Shown here one piece after another: positions 14,111-27,427 of a stretch of 64,000 nt of DNA (the stretch's first letter is position 1; each line of letters starts with the position of its first letter). This DNA comes from Octopus sinensis (Eukaryota): positions 118,730,001 to 118,794,000 of the forward strand of contig NC_043002.1 of the NCBI RefSeq assembly GCF_006345805.1, in the 5' to 3' direction. A program made the position numbers and the translations under genes. The notes under the pieces were generated by a model. That model ran no database searches and was not told the origin of the DNA. It saw only the letters and a list, made by a program, of their open reading frames with translations.

Positions 14111-14489
14111 TTAAAGATAATTTGATATGAGTGGAAAAATATGATATTAGCACAAGTTCTATACATGTGTCTGATATCACAACTGAAAAGTGAGGTCATA
14201 AAGGTTTCATTCATTGACTTTTATTCTTAAAAAGTTGATAGATGAAAGTGAGTTAGAGGAGTTTGACACATCCAATAGTGGTCTCATTTCTTAGTCTTTT
14301 ACAACATTGCCAAATACTAAGTTGGTTACTTCAGAGTGAGCAAGCAAGGGTAAAATTATATACTTCAGCTGATAAGAGCCAAAAATCACCCAACATAAAA
14401 AAAAAAGTGTTTTCTCTTGTTTTCCAATAGAATAATATCAATAATGTTAACTAAGCTCCAATACAGCTATCCTTGCTTATCATGAAGAT

Positions 14490-14665
14490 AAACAGTTATC
14501 ATCTCCATGCATTATGTAAATGGAACAAATGGTAGAGTCACTGATGCCAAACTCATGGCCCACAGCTGCAAAGTTTCCACCCTTATGCATTTTCTTAATC
14601 ATCTCTACCTTTTCCTGCATCATTTGTTAGGATCAGGTGCTTTTATAGTTTTTCTGTTCTTTGGT
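14490..14665 (-). pseudogene. Tigger/pogo transposase N-terminal HTH remnant
   Basis: Translates to KVEMIKKMHKGGNFAAVGHEFGISDSTICSIY, resembling the CENP-B/psq-type HTH of pogo-family transposases; degenerate on both sides. Confidence 0.55.
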
Positions 14666-14704
14666 GGATGCTGACCAGTACATAAATCTATATAAAAAAA
14701 AATA

Positions 14705-14883
14705 GGCACGTAAAAAGCACCCACTACACTCACGGAGTGGTTGTCGTTAGGAAGAGCATCCAGCCGTAGAAACACTGCCAGATCAGACTGGGCCTGGTGC
14801 AGCCTTCTGGCTTCCCAGACCCCAGTTGAACCGTCCAACCCATGCTAGCGTGGAGAACGGACGCTAAATGATGATGATGATGT
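14705..14883 (+). mobile_element. Family D (tail only)
   Basis: Common tail plus (GAT)n. Confidence 0.85.
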
Positions 14884-15860
14884 AGACTTGCAGCATGGTG
14901 ATGTAAACACAAGCTACAGTCAGTACATTCTGGATAGTTGAGTATTGTGGATAGTCACTGAGGCATGCTTTTGAGGTACAAGTGGGAATGTTTGACTGAT
15001 TACTGACTCATGTTATCACAGATCAATCTGTGATATGTGTAACATGTTTCACAATTCAGAGTAATATGTTACCTTGAATCAGTAATAAATGAATCCATAA
15101 ATAAGGATTTATGTGCTCTATGTAATACTACTGTAGTTTTTGGATGATGAAACATCAGAAGCAATGAAACCCACCACTTTATACTTAATTAGCCATAAAG
15201 TTTTAGAATTAGAGCAAAAAAATATGTTAAAATTATTAGTCCTTCCCAAAAGCATTAGCATTAATTGAGGACAAAGCTTTAATATAAATAATAAAGATTC
15301 CATTTGTTATTTGGCAACTAAAATGACGAAATATTATTTCAAACGGTGAAACAGACAAAAGCAAATATCTTTAGGTGTGTTTTGTAGTTGCTCATTTATT
15401 TATTATTTTTTTTCCAGTTAGTTAACACTGACCTACAGAGACAATAAACCAGTTTTTCTCTCAGTATATGTACACTAACACACATTGCACTTCACATAGT
15501 TATATGGTATTGTGAATCAGGGTTAATCTCAGACCAGGCAAACCACCTAGGACACTCTAATCCCCCCTCCCGCTCCATCCTTGGAATGCAATGTGTATTT
15601 TTTTAAGACAGTAGAATATAATATAAGTGAGATTTGGTGGTTGTTTCCAATACAAACTTCCTGCTTTAAGTATTTATTATAACAGGATTTGGTATCTATT
15701 TGTTAACCACAGAACAGCATTTTATGTGAAGGTTTTCTGCTACCACATACCTCACACTCAGCCAAGATAGTGCTACTAAACCTTCATCTGAAATCTTGAC
15801 CTTTGTGTAAATCTGGATTTTAAGAAAATGAAACTTTTATACAAAAATGCTTACACATAA

Positions 15861-16206
15861 TTTGTTATATTTCAGAATGGTCATTTTGCCAGTTTAGCCA
15901 ATAAAAACACACGCACTATATATTTGGTGTTACTTTGCTTCAGTGCTATTTATTTTTTACATTAATCTTAATCTTATTTCGGCCAGAGTTCTTTCGTCAC
16001 ACTCCTGTGACCGCATCAGTGGTCCTTTCTGAAATAAGATTAAGATTAATGTAAAAAATAAATAACACTGAAGCAAAATAACACCAAATATATAGCGCGT
16101 GTGTTTTTATTGGCTAAACTGGCAAAATGACCATTCTGAAATATAACAATATCTGTTTCAACACACGTCTTCACATCAAGAATCTTGCATGACAAATATT
16201 TAAACG
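15861..16206 (-). mobile_element. Fold-back Penelope-like retro-insertion with hammerhead core (no ORF)
   Basis: 119-bp inverted arms (15862-15980 and 16031-16149, 3 mismatches); 13-bp direct repeat TGCTTACACATAA at 15848-15860 and 16207-16219; hammerhead motif in the spacer. Confidence 0.7.
15981..16025 (-). ncRNA. Minimal type I hammerhead ribozyme (variant core)
   Basis: Minus strand reads GGACCA-CTGATGC-G-GTCACA(GGAG)TGTGAC-GAAA-GAACTC-TGGCC: stem I, CUGAnG core with C at the A9 position, 6-bp stem II, GAAA, minimal stem III and a CUC triplet. Confidence 0.65.
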
Positions 16207-16447
16207 TGCTTACACATAAAGTTTCCATTTAAATCCAGGCATTGCCATAAGAGAATCATCTCTTCTTGACACAAATCAAGATTTTTATGACAAGTGTGGA
16301 AGTGAGAAGTTGAGACTTCTTTCTCCTAAAGTCATTGGCACAAATGAATTTATCCCAATTGGAAATTAGAACCATGGCACAGAATATACATGAACACACA
16401 AAACGTATACCATGCAGGGTACTTTTGTTAAGTGTCCCTTGGTGCTT

Positions 16448-16820
16448 ATCATCATCGTTTAACGTCCGTTTTCCGCGCTAGCACGAGTTGGACGGTCCGA
16501 CCAGGGTCTGGGAAGCCAGAAGGCTGCACCAGGCTCCAGTCTGATCTGGCAGAGTTTCTACAGCTGGGTGCCCTTCCTAACGCCAACCACTCTGCGAGTG
16601 TAGTAGGTGCTTTTTACATGCCACCTGCACATGTGCCAGGGGAGTCCAGCATCGACCACGATCGGTTGGTGCTTTTAACATGCCACAGGCACAGAAGCCA
16701 GCCAAGGTGGCGCTGGCATCGGCCACGTTCGGATGGTGCTTTTTATGTGCCACTGGCACTGGAGCCAATCGAGGCGGCGCTGGCATCGGCCACATTTGGA
16801 TGGTGCTTTTTATGTGCCAC
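16448..16820 (-). mobile_element. Family D with tandem units
   Basis: (ATC)n, the common tail and repeated units. Confidence 0.8.
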
Positions 16821-16869
16821 TTAAAATAAATACATTCATCAATGTGTAGAAAAGTAATAAATGATTTAA

Positions 16870-17280
16870 CCCTTTCGTATTCAGATTTCTTTGTCAAATG
16901 TTTGCTTATTTATTTACATTGATTTGAATTTCTCATGCATTATCTTACAGCTTCAAGATTTCAATGGTATGTTTTTATAATTCTAGAATGATATATTAGT
17001 ATAGGTCTAAGAGGTTGGATTTGGCCAGTTTTAACATAAAACATGTAGAATATTTGGGCCAGATTAAATGCTAAACCGGCCATATCCGGCCTAAATATTT
17101 TTACTGTTCTATGTTCAAACTAGCTAGATGCAGCCTTCCACACCTACGCTACAATGTCCTTCTATAAATAAGCAATCATATCATGAAAATCTCAAAGCTA
17201 CAAGGTAAATGCACAGTTAATTCAGAGCAATGTAAATAAATAAGCATTACATTTGACAGAATAATCTGAATGCTAAAGGG
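16870..17280. mobile_element. Composite of two head-to-head fused MITE E copies
   Basis: Bounded by TTAA|CCCTTT and AAAGGG|TTAA; the two halves are diverged reverse complements joined near 17060-17075. Confidence 0.7.
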
Positions 17281-17874
17281 TTAATGGCAATTCCCTGCTA
17301 GTAAACTGTGGCCCAATTATCATTCGAATTTTACTAATGTCTTTGGAGAAAGCATGAACATCACATGGCATTGTGTGCCTGAGGCAGAAATCTTAAAAAA
17401 CCAAAATGAAAAGAGAAACTATAGAAAACTGTCAACATTCCAAAGTTGAACAATTTTAAACATTGTCTACTCGAATAAATAATGAAAAATAATAAAATTG
17501 AACCACTTAAACCTATAACAGATTAAAAGGGGGATGTAACAAGTGCAAAGTAAAGTTTAATTGAAGGTTCCTATTTCTTGAAACAATAATTAGATAACCC
17601 GTTAAAGCTGGAAACAATTAACAAAACATTAATTAAGGAATTAACTGAAGAGATGGCATGAGAGTTTCTGACACCAATGATGTTAATAGTAAGAGAAAGA
17701 AAACAATGCCATTCTTGGCAGGTGGCATCATTATAGGTTTATTGTTGATGTTCAGATCCAGGTTCTGCTCTACACAAAAACACTGCAGTCAGAAACAACC
17801 CACCTATTACTGCAGACAGCGTGTCTTACATTATCCAATATCTAATCCATGCCAGTGTGATAAAATAGACATGT

Positions 17875-18282
17875 AGGCGCAGGAGTGGCTGTGTGGTAAA
17901 TAGCTTGCTTACCAATCACATGGTTCCGGGTTCAGTCCCACTGCGTGGCACCTTGGACAAGTGCCTTCTACTATAGCTTCGGGCCGACCAAAGCCTTGTG
18001 AGTGGATTTGGTAGACGGAAACTGAAAGAAGCCTGTCGTATATATGTATATATATATATATATATGTATGTGTTTGTGTGTCTGTGTTTGTCCCCCTAGC
18101 ATTGCTTGACAACCAATGCTGGTGTGTTTACGTACTTGTCACTTAGCGGTTCGGCAAAAGAGACCGATAGAATAAGTACTGGGCTTACAAAGAATAAGTC
18201 CCGGGGTCAATTTGCTCAACTAAAGGCGGTGCTCAAGCATGGCCGCAGTCAAATGACTGAAAGAAGTAAAAGAGTAAAAGAG
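17875..18282 (+). mobile_element. SINE family A
   Basis: Full length. Confidence 0.9.
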
Positions 18283-18714
18283 ATATGAGCAGTTACTTTG
18301 TAGCAAAGCCCTTTTCTTTTTGTAAAATGAAAGTTATAGTGAGTTAGCTTATTTTGTAATTCTACTGATTGTGAATGACAAGCAAAGCTGACCCTAAGAA
18401 GATAGAAAGTGAAACAAAATATTATTAGTATTATAAACATAGCTGTTTATTACTCATATAAACTTGAGTATTCTTGATTATTTCATAATTGTTTGCTGAG
18501 CACAGATACAGAACTTGCTGCATCTCCCTATTCAACTTTTAATCAATTAGGAATTCAGAGTTGTTTTTCTTGTCTTTCTTAACAAAAATTATCACTAATG
18601 TCAATGTCCCTTTCTTTTCATTACAAGCAGACTTTTAATTGATTCAACTTCTAAGTTTTAAGCAGGATGGCTCCCACTTCAGCATACAAACACTGTCAAT
18701 ACCGATTCACATAC

Positions 18715-18736
18715 CTAGTTACATCCATACACACTG
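18715..18736 (-). CDS. Candidate 22-nt microexon of an unknown minus-strand gene
   Basis: Long pyrimidine tract plus TAG acceptor and GTATGT donor; no homology evidence. Confidence 0.25.
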
Positions 18737-19046
18737 CTAGAAATAAATAAATAAATAAAACATTCACTGAAGCACAATTACTCAAACACAACCACCAAAT
18801 CGACAAATGAATTAATATCTCACAACACTTCAGTAATGAGAATAATTACTTTAACATTAAAGGATATAATTAAGATTTGCTAAGCACAGTAGGAAAGGAA
18901 AGTGAGCAATCATATTTAGGAGTGGTTGACTCATGCCATCATGTACACATAGCAAACCATATTCAGAGAGAAAACAGTCATCATGAGCAACAAAATGTAT
19001 TTCATCAACTTTGTCATCCTACCTACCATTGTTAATGTACACTTAC

Positions 19047-19066
19047 CTTGATTCCATCTTGGGGTC
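19047..19066 (-). CDS. Candidate 20-nt microexon
   Basis: GTGTAG acceptor and GTAAGT donor; no homology evidence. Confidence 0.25.
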
Positions 19067-19087
19067 CTACACCAAATATTAATTATA

Positions 19088-19520
19088 ATCATCGTTTAAC
19101 GTCCGTTCTCCATGCTAGCATGGGTTGGACGGTTCGACCGGGGATCTGGGAAGCCAGAAGGCTGCACCAGGCTCCAGTCTTATCTGGCAATGTTTCTACA
19201 GCTGGATGCCCTTCCTAACGCCAGCCACTCCGTGAGTGTAGTGGGTGCTTTTTACATGCCACTGGCACTGGTGCCAGGCGAGGCTGGCATCGGCCACGGT
19301 CGGATTGGTGCATTTTACGTGCCACCTGCACTGGTGCCAGGCGAGGCTGGCATCGGCCACAGTCGGATTGGTGCATTTTACGTGCCACCTGCACTGGTGC
19401 CAGGCGAGGCTGGCATTGGCCACGGTCAGATTGGTGCATTTTACGTGCCACCGACACGGAAGCCAGTCGAGTCGGCGCTGGCATCGGCCACGATTCGGAT
19501 AGTGCTTTTTACGTATCTCC
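19088..19520 (-). mobile_element. Family D with near-identical 63-bp units
   Basis: Unit starts at 19308, 19371 and 19434. Confidence 0.85.
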
Positions 19521-19704
19521 AGTCCAGGGGTCCTGGCATCTGCCGGGTGCCAGTCATAGGATTGGTTCAATTTCGAATTAATTATAATCATTAGTCTATA
19601 CAGTTATTCTTCCTATTACAATCAATTACCCACCACTTGAGCCATTGAAAGAGCCTCACCATGGTCACTTGACTTGCTAGAAATTGCAACCAAATCTCCA
19701 TTAA

Positions 19705-19925
19705 CCCTTTTGATACCAACCTGGCCAAAACCGCTTCTGGCTCTGTAGTACAAATGTCTTACTTTCATAAGTATTGAATTAGAATCTTCCACCAAACCTT
19801 AGTCACAATTTATGTTCCCAACACTAGCTTAATGATAACTAAGTTCTTTACTAAATTCCTTGTTATAATTAAAATTAATTGAATGAAACACAGAGCATCT
19901 CAAAATAAATACGGCAACGAAAGGG
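19705..19925. mobile_element. MITE family F
   Basis: TTAA on both sides, CCC/GGG termini. Confidence 0.85.
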
Positions 19926-21529
19926 TTAAACCTCACCAAACCATCTTAAAAAAGAACACTGGATAATGTAACACTGGGTGTTCTATGCTTAAAGAATAAA
20001 AATAGAAAGCTACAACTGGAATACTCTTGACCATAAATTATTTTTCTTGTTTAGCCTAATGTCAGCTTTTTGGATCAAGAGCAACATGGGGTTAACCCTT
20101 TGCCTGTCAAAAGCATTCTCACAAGTTTGTCCTAAACATTTATACTTGTTTTCAGCTTTTTAGTTAGCCCTTGTTTCATACATTTTGAGTAATATAAAGT
20201 TTTCCTTTCATAAATCACAAGATACTTTGGTGGTTGAAAAAAAGCTAAGAATATGTATCATATATGATGCACAGATGTCAGGGAAATATATGCCTTGTGT
20301 ATGAGACACACGGGACAGAAAAAAACTTCAACCCTTTAAGAGTAATACTAAATAGGGTAGTAAGTTTTACAGAAATAGTGGAAAACCAGGCTAAATGCAG
20401 TACACTATTTAAGGCTCTAACTATGCTTTCTTCCCCTAGAGGCTCAGTAAAGTACTGGCAAACATTGGGATCAGTTATATCAACTGTACTCCTTCTCTAA
20501 AATATTCTTGTGTCCAGATGAAAAGAAAATCAATAGTGACACTAAATGTTCTTCAAATCAAATATTAAATGACAGAATGACAGATCAGACTCAATTGTAC
20601 AGACCTATCTATGGTCAAATACTTTTCTCTACTATTTTGTATTCTATTAAAAAAGTGCACATAAAACTACAATATTCAAATATGTCCTTCCTATTTTAAG
20701 ATATTAAGGTGTTATTTGAGAGAGATTTGGTGGTTGTTTCTAGCAGGTAACATGATCATGTAAGAGCAATGATTCACAAACAGATTACTGATACTTTAAA
20801 GTTTTACAACTGTTTGAAAAACCAATTATGACTAAACTTTAAGTCATATCAGAACAAGGGAAATCATAGTCGTGGTTGATGCTGGTAACATGTAAAAAGC
20901 AATCACTATACTCTTGGAGTGACTGGCATTAGGAAAAGCATCCAGCCATAAAAAAACCATACCAAATCAGATTGGAACCTGGTGCAACTCCCCGACTTAC
21001 CAGTTCTCCGTCAAACCATCCAACCCATGCCAGCATGGAAAACAGATGTTAAATGCACTTGTTAACAGGCTAAAATATATTCTTTCCAATTCATTGGTTT
21101 ACTTCATGCACGATTGACACTAAAATAGTTTTATATGCGCTACATGGAAAAACCTTTAGGAATCACTACTACAGAAGAGGATCTCTTGTTGGTACAACAC
21201 CATACTAAATTTATTAAAAGTGTAGAAAATAGCTAGCTATAATGCATAAATGAGTAAGCAGCCTATCTTGGATGCACATCTCTGCATCCTACTAAAATCC
21301 TTACAACACATTTCCCTTTTTGTATGGAACAACATAATTAACAAGTTAATGCTGAAGCCATTGCCAACTATGAAACAAAACAAGTCTATCTCCAAAGGGA
21401 ATAAGGATTTCTGGTCATGTAATACTACCATAATATTTAGAGAAATTTATTCCTTTAGGTTTGTTTTCTTTCATATTGAAATAGATGGTAGGGAGATTCA
21501 GACTTTTTATATGCATCCCCACCAGCATA

Positions 21530-21539
21530 TCATATATAC

Positions 21540-21570
<31 letters not shown>

Positions 21571-21589
21571 TATATATATATATATATAG

Positions 21590-21663
<74 letters not shown>

Positions 21664-21685
21664 TATATATATATATATATATATA
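21530..21685. repeat. Compound (TA)n/(GA)n microsatellite
   Basis: Direct reading. Confidence 0.95.
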
Positions 21686-22850
21686 CAAGCAAGCTTACAT
21701 ACAGAAGTTTCCATGAAGATATATGCAAACTTCTTCAGGGGAGAAAAAAAAAAGAGGGTGTGAATGTATGCATCCTCAATTTGGGGAAGAGGATTTCACT
21801 GACTGCAAAAACCATTCTAAATTTTTTTTTTGTTTTTTTTTTTTTGTTATGGGAAAGAGTATTTTTCCCTTTGCTTCAACCTACTTTTTTTTTTAAGCAG
21901 CAACTAGGGAACAGTAGTAGGATAGATAGGTCAAGAAGCCAGCTACCCAGCCCTGTTTCAAAGAATTTCTGAGTCATCATTTGGCATGATCTAGATAGAG
22001 ATGAGAAATTTAACTCCTTCAGCTTTGCAACAAGAGAAGAAATACAACTATAAATGTGTATACAAGTTAGAAATTCAAACTTATTCTGGAATAAAATAAA
22101 CATATAAGATCAAAGCTGTCTCCTCAGAGAACACAACAGAAACCAACAAGTCTAGGTTTTATAACTTTCCCGATTCCTGTTATCTAGGGAGTTTTATTTA
22201 AAACCTTTTTATGAAACCATTTTAGGTAAAATATACAGAACTTGTTTGATATCAGGGAGACAAAGAAAAGTAAAACCCAAAAAAAAAAAAAGGAGGAAAC
22301 TGAAATGAGTCATACAACACTGAGGAAAAAGAAAAATAAGTGTATCAAAATATAGAGAAAATTTCAGAAATTTTCATCAGACCACTGAAGCTACGAGAGG
22401 AAGTGCAATTAAGAGTTTCTGAGTGTGTACATGATTCAGCAAAGATGTCTTGATGTTTTTATCTTAGTTAGTACAGTAGGGAAGAGTTAGAGATACAATA
22501 AACATTTTAGAAAATGTAGTTATCAATGATACTTTTAAGACCCACCAAAAAGCAAGATGTAGGCTTAATGGGGGAGAGAGCCTGCATTGCTCCATCTGTT
22601 AGAAATAGCAACCAAATCCCCTTCACATCACATCCTCTGTATTAAATAATCCTTTCTACAATAGGCACAAGGCCTGAAATTTTGGAGAGTGGGGGTTGCC
22701 AATTGCATCAACCCCAGTGCTCAACCGATATTTATGGAAAAAATTCCACTAAGCATTGTGTCCAGCATGCTAAAGATTCTGCCAGCTTGCTGCCTTCTGT
22801 ATTTTAAATAATCCAATGTAATATAGTCACTGATGTACAAAAATATGTGG

Positions 22851-23235
22851 TGGAAGCACTCCGTCGGTTACGACAACGAGGGTTCCGGTTGATCCGAATC
22901 AACGGAACAGCCTGCTTGTGAAATTAACGTGTAAGTGGCTGAGCACTCCACAGACACATGTACCCTTAACGTAGTTCTCGGGGATATTCAGCGTGACACA
23001 GTGTGACAAGGCCGGCCCTTTGAAATACAGGTACAACAGAAACAGGAAGTAAGAGTGAGAGAAAGTTGTGGTGAAAGAGTACAGCAGGGATCACCACCAT
23101 CCCCTGCCGGAGCCTCGTGGAGCTTTTTAGGTGTTTTCGCTCAATAAACACTCACAACGCCTGGTCTGGGAATCGAAACCGTGATCCTATGACCGCGAGT
23201 CCGCTGCCCTAACCACTGGGCCATTGCGCCTCCAC
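22851..23235 (-). mobile_element. tRNA-derived SINE family C (Arg-like head)
   Basis: Head GGAGGCGCAATGGCCCAGTGGTTAGGGCAGCGGACTCGCGGTC ... TTTCGATTCCC; flanked by a 10-bp repeat ACAAAAATAT. Confidence 0.9.
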
Positions 23236-23773
23236 GCACAAAAATATAGTGTAGTTAAGGCAGGAAAGACTTTGATCATTGCCCTCCACTGTAGTTGAAT
23301 GAGCGCAAGGAGTCATTCAAGCAGCAATGAGATCAGAAAATGTGGAATAACATCACCACCAGAGTACATCATATAGCAGCATGCTGGCTCAGGGGACAGC
23401 CTCCTCCTCCTTCTCCAGTCACCAGCTCAGGATTTTAATTTACTTACTAGTGACACTGATATCATCAGAGAAAAATATAAGTGTCTCACTTTCAGTAAAC
23501 CTCTTATGAAATCAACATTACACATTTAGTGTACAACCAGTAAATTAATGCAGGAGACAAATCATCATCATCATTCTCATCATTCAACATCTATTTTCTA
23601 TGCCTGCATGAACATTTTAGGTCATATGATTTAAAACTTTCTTTGTCCCTTTCTTTGTAAATTTTATTCCCCTTCCAGGACTTCGATTAACCACTGAAAG
23701 ATTTACAATTAGAAAAGTTATAAATAGTAACCATTATAAAATTTGTTACAATTCTGAAAGATTTTTAACATCT

Positions 23774-23863
23774 TGGCACCTTGGGCAAGTGTCTTCTACT
23801 ATAGCCTCAGGCTGACCAAAGCCTTGTGAGTGGATTTGGTAGACGAAAACTGAAAGAAGCCCG

Positions 23864-23912
<49 letters not shown>

Positions 23913-24131
23913 TGTGTGTGTTTGTGTGTCTGTGTTTATCCCCCTAGCATTGCTTGATAATCAATGCTGGTGTGTTTATGTCCCCATTACTTAGCAGTTC
24001 GGCAAAAAAGACCGATAGAATAAGCACTGGGCTTACAAAGAATAAGTCCCAGGGTCGAGTTGCTCGATTAAAGGCGGTGCTCCAGCATGGCCGCAGTCAA
24101 ATGACTGAAACAAATAAAAGAGTAAAAGAGT
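23774..24131 (+). mobile_element. SINE family A, 5'-truncated
   Basis: Begins at the CORE-like segment; long internal (TA)n. Confidence 0.85.
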
Positions 24132-24435
24132 ATCTATGGATTACAAATATCAGAAAAGGGAAACAGAGTCAAAGGCCGTCAGATTTCCATTTATGAAATT
24201 CAACCAAATAATTGTCTTCATCTTGGATTTCAAAATTCTCCAGAGAACTCTTTCTGTGAACATTATGGCTATTGATTGTATAACTACATTTTAACCCCAA
24301 GAATCATTTACCCTTGTTGACAAAGATGATCTTTAAAACATGATCTAGATAAAACATAATAACAAGTGAGCCTGCATGCAATCACTCAACATGCCAAAAG
24401 CAGCAATCAGATTCCCTCAAATCATACTGCCTTAA

Positions 24436-24641
24436 CCCTTTCATTACCAACCTGGCTGATTTAGTACAAATGTCTGGTTTTCAAAAGTTCTGAATTAAAA
24501 CCTTCCACCAAACCTTAGTCACAATTTATGTCCCTAACTCTAGCCTAATGATAACGATGTTATTTTACTTAATTCTTTGTTATATTTAACATAATTGGAA
24601 GAAACACTGAGCATCTCAAAATAAATTTAGTAACGAATGGG
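24436..24641. mobile_element. MITE family F
   Basis: TTAA flanks. Confidence 0.8.
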
Positions 24642-26239
24642 TTAAAGAAGGATACACTGGATTATAGTAGTCCCAGATATACAAAACAAGGAGGATGGTC
24701 AGGAATGTCTTTGATTATACATCTAAACAACATTTAGATATCCTCTCCAACCCATACACTACAAAAGAAAGTTAAACATTGCTTTATATTTACTTAGAAA
24801 CAAGAAAAGAGATTGAGTGCCATTAGTGCTTTTTGTACGGGTTATTACAAGAGAAAAGTTTACAGCAGAACCAAAACCATATGTAAACCATTATGTGCAA
24901 TATCTGAGGAGAATTCAGTAAAGTTAATTAGTCAGTCAAAATCCAAATAAAATGTCTAAATTTATATTGTTATCTATGTACTAAATATCATTTCTCTTCA
25001 AATTTGACATTAACTACCCAAAAGTTTAAAAGAACCAACCAAGTCGTCAGGTCACTGAGTAAACATTATCACAGAAAATATAAAGAGAAGCTGTAAAGCT
25101 GATATCTCCATTTAAGCCCATTAACAAGTACAAGGTTTTATGGTTCAGATGAAAAAGTTTCATAAACATATAAAGCAATTTCTAACAGTGGAGCACCGAT
25201 GAAACGAGAATATGTTAGATATTAGGTTTGCAAAATAAATCCCATGAATGATTTTTAACATAAATACAAGATCTTCAATTAAGCGTATGGAGTACAGTTA
25301 GATACATCACTTCACTGGTACTGGTGCTAGAAAGATGCAAAGTCAATATCAGAGGGAACTGCACTCAGAATATAAATAGAGTAGTAGTCTGACATTCCAC
25401 CAATTCTTTCAATCCATCATGAATGACAATATACAACATTTACAAATAATACGAAAGAGAATGGACATAGTTATAGGGTAGAAATAGTAGCAAACCATAA
25501 TGTCTAATAAATGTATATTAATAAATTACCCAAGATTTAGGCGAACTGAAATATTTCAAAGATCTCTAGGACAAAAATATATTATAGATCTCACGTTAAA
25601 CCCAACTTTTATATTCTATGCTAACATACTTTATAAAATTTGCATTTTTTAATATATGTTGTTTTACTCAAGTCAGCTCTAATCAACTAGATTGTAATCA
25701 AAAGTATTCCAGCTACAGCCATTCTGTCTTTCTTTTCAGACACAATGTCTCTAAATTGCTTTGCTTTTTTTTAAAAAGTGTTTTTTATCTATTCTACTTT
25801 CATACAAATTGCTATCATGGGTGTCCCAACATCCTCAATACTACCCTATACTCATTGCATGGCAATAAGGTCAGATTCCTTTATTAAAAGAAAAAGTGTA
25901 TCTATCAATTGTAGCAGTTTCAAATGTTACATATACATGTACAAGTGGAATCAGTCCCCTCTCAGTAACAGATCTTATATCCATCAGAAAGTAAAACCTT
26001 AAGATTAAGAAGCTAGGAGTCATTTTCATACAAAATATGTTGGACATGAAACTGCCAATTTTAAAGAGTTCAAATCTGATCTAAAAAAAAAACTTATCAG
26101 AATTTTATGAATTACTGTTTTTAAAAGTTAAAGTTTCAAACACTAGCTTTAATAAGCTAGCTTTTACGAAATCCTTCCAAATTTTTGAATGGTCTCAAAT
26201 TTTTGATATCAATTCCCAGAATAAATTTGACACCTTTTG

Positions 26240-27020
26240 ACACTTGGTCCCACATTAGTTTATACTGCCAATATATATTGATTTCTATTGTCCAACAACT
26301 GTATTTATTGAAAACCTCTCATAATATATTAAAAACAATGAATTAAAATATATCAACTTTTGAATTCATAATCATATATAAATACAGACCTGGTAAGAAA
26401 AGAAAAAAATGAAAAATGAAAACAACCAGCAATTTGGTATTTTTCTCAGAAATACAAACACCTACATGATGATGACAAATATGCATAATGCATACAAATC
26501 CACAACTGTTTCATTGAAAGAAACAGATGACTTGAAGCATCAACTTAGAGCAGACCGATGAAACATTTACTTCTTCCAATTTAATCATCATCCTCATCAT
26601 CATCATTGTCTAACGTCCACTTTCCATGCTGGCATGGATTGGACAGTTTGACTGAGGACTAGCAAGCCAGGAAGCTGCACCAGGATCCAATCTGATCTTG
26701 CAAGGTTTCTACAGCTGGATGCCCTTCCTAATGCCAACCACTCCAAGAGTGTAGTGGGTGCTTTTTACGTGCCACCAGCACAAAGACAACACTGGCATTG
26801 ACACTCAAATGTTGCTTTTTACATGCCACCAGCACAGGAGTTAGTCAGGCAGCACTGACATCAGCCACACTTGAACGGCGCTTTCTACGTGCCACCACCA
26901 CAGGAGCCAGTCGGGCAGCACTGGCATCGATCACACCTGTATATAATAAGTTTTATGAAATAAATAAAGACAAAAAAGGTACTGAAAGAGAATGCCAATC
27001 AAGTAGATAAATGGCAAAAT
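26240..27020. repeat. Old local duplication, copy 1 (blocks A-B-[family D 26586-26935]-C)
   Basis: The blocks recur at 29872-30370. Confidence 0.8.
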
Positions 27021-27043
27021 TAATTGAAAAATATATACAGTGT

Positions 27044-27427
27044 GGTTGTATACTGTCAATCTAACACGAACGTGACAGTAGGGGGTACACCACCACTGTT
27101 TAGCCCTAGGAAGCATCGACGACTCCTGATGGCTTTGACACATTTTTCCTGTGTCATTATATACCGACGAAGGACAATCATCCTGAAACACGTGTCCCTA
27201 GATGCAGCCCTGGGCGGCTGGGAGTGTTTGTCTCCCCTTCGTAAATGTATATAAGGACACAGGAAAAATGTGTCAAAGCCATCAGGAGGCGTCAATGCTT
27301 CCTAGGGCTAAACAGCGGTGGTGTACCCCCTACTGTCACGTTTGTGTTAGAATGACAGTATACAACCATTCTATTGCCCCACCACCGTACATGTCTCTAC
27401 GAGAGATTTAGAAATTTAGTATTTCTG
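27044..27427. mobile_element. Second fold-back Penelope-like retro-insertion with hammerhead core (no ORF)
   Basis: 122-bp inverted arms (27043-27164 and 27247-27368, about 6 mismatches); 13-bp direct repeat ATATATACAGTGT at 27031-27043 and 27428-27440. Confidence 0.7.
27164..27196 (+). ncRNA. Hammerhead ribozyme core (degenerate)
   Basis: CCGACGA-AGGA(CAATCA)TCCT-GAA-ACACGTGT-C: C at the U4 position, palindromic stem III and a GUC triplet; stem I is not formed by the adjacent flanks. Confidence 0.6.

Noticed and set aside
19250-19500. CRISPR-like regular repeats
   Set aside because: Contiguous tandem units with no unique spacers, in eukaryotic DNA, with no cas genes.
26465-26560. C/D-box snoRNA in the duplicated block
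   Set aside because: ATGATGA is present in both copies but there is no conserved CTGA D box or terminal stem.
27043-27368. Ordinary DNA-transposon MITE interpretation of this palindrome
   Set aside because: There is no TSD immediately at both arm ends. The 13-bp repeat lies 59 bp beyond the right arm, and the spacer holds a hammerhead core, which favours a retro-origin.
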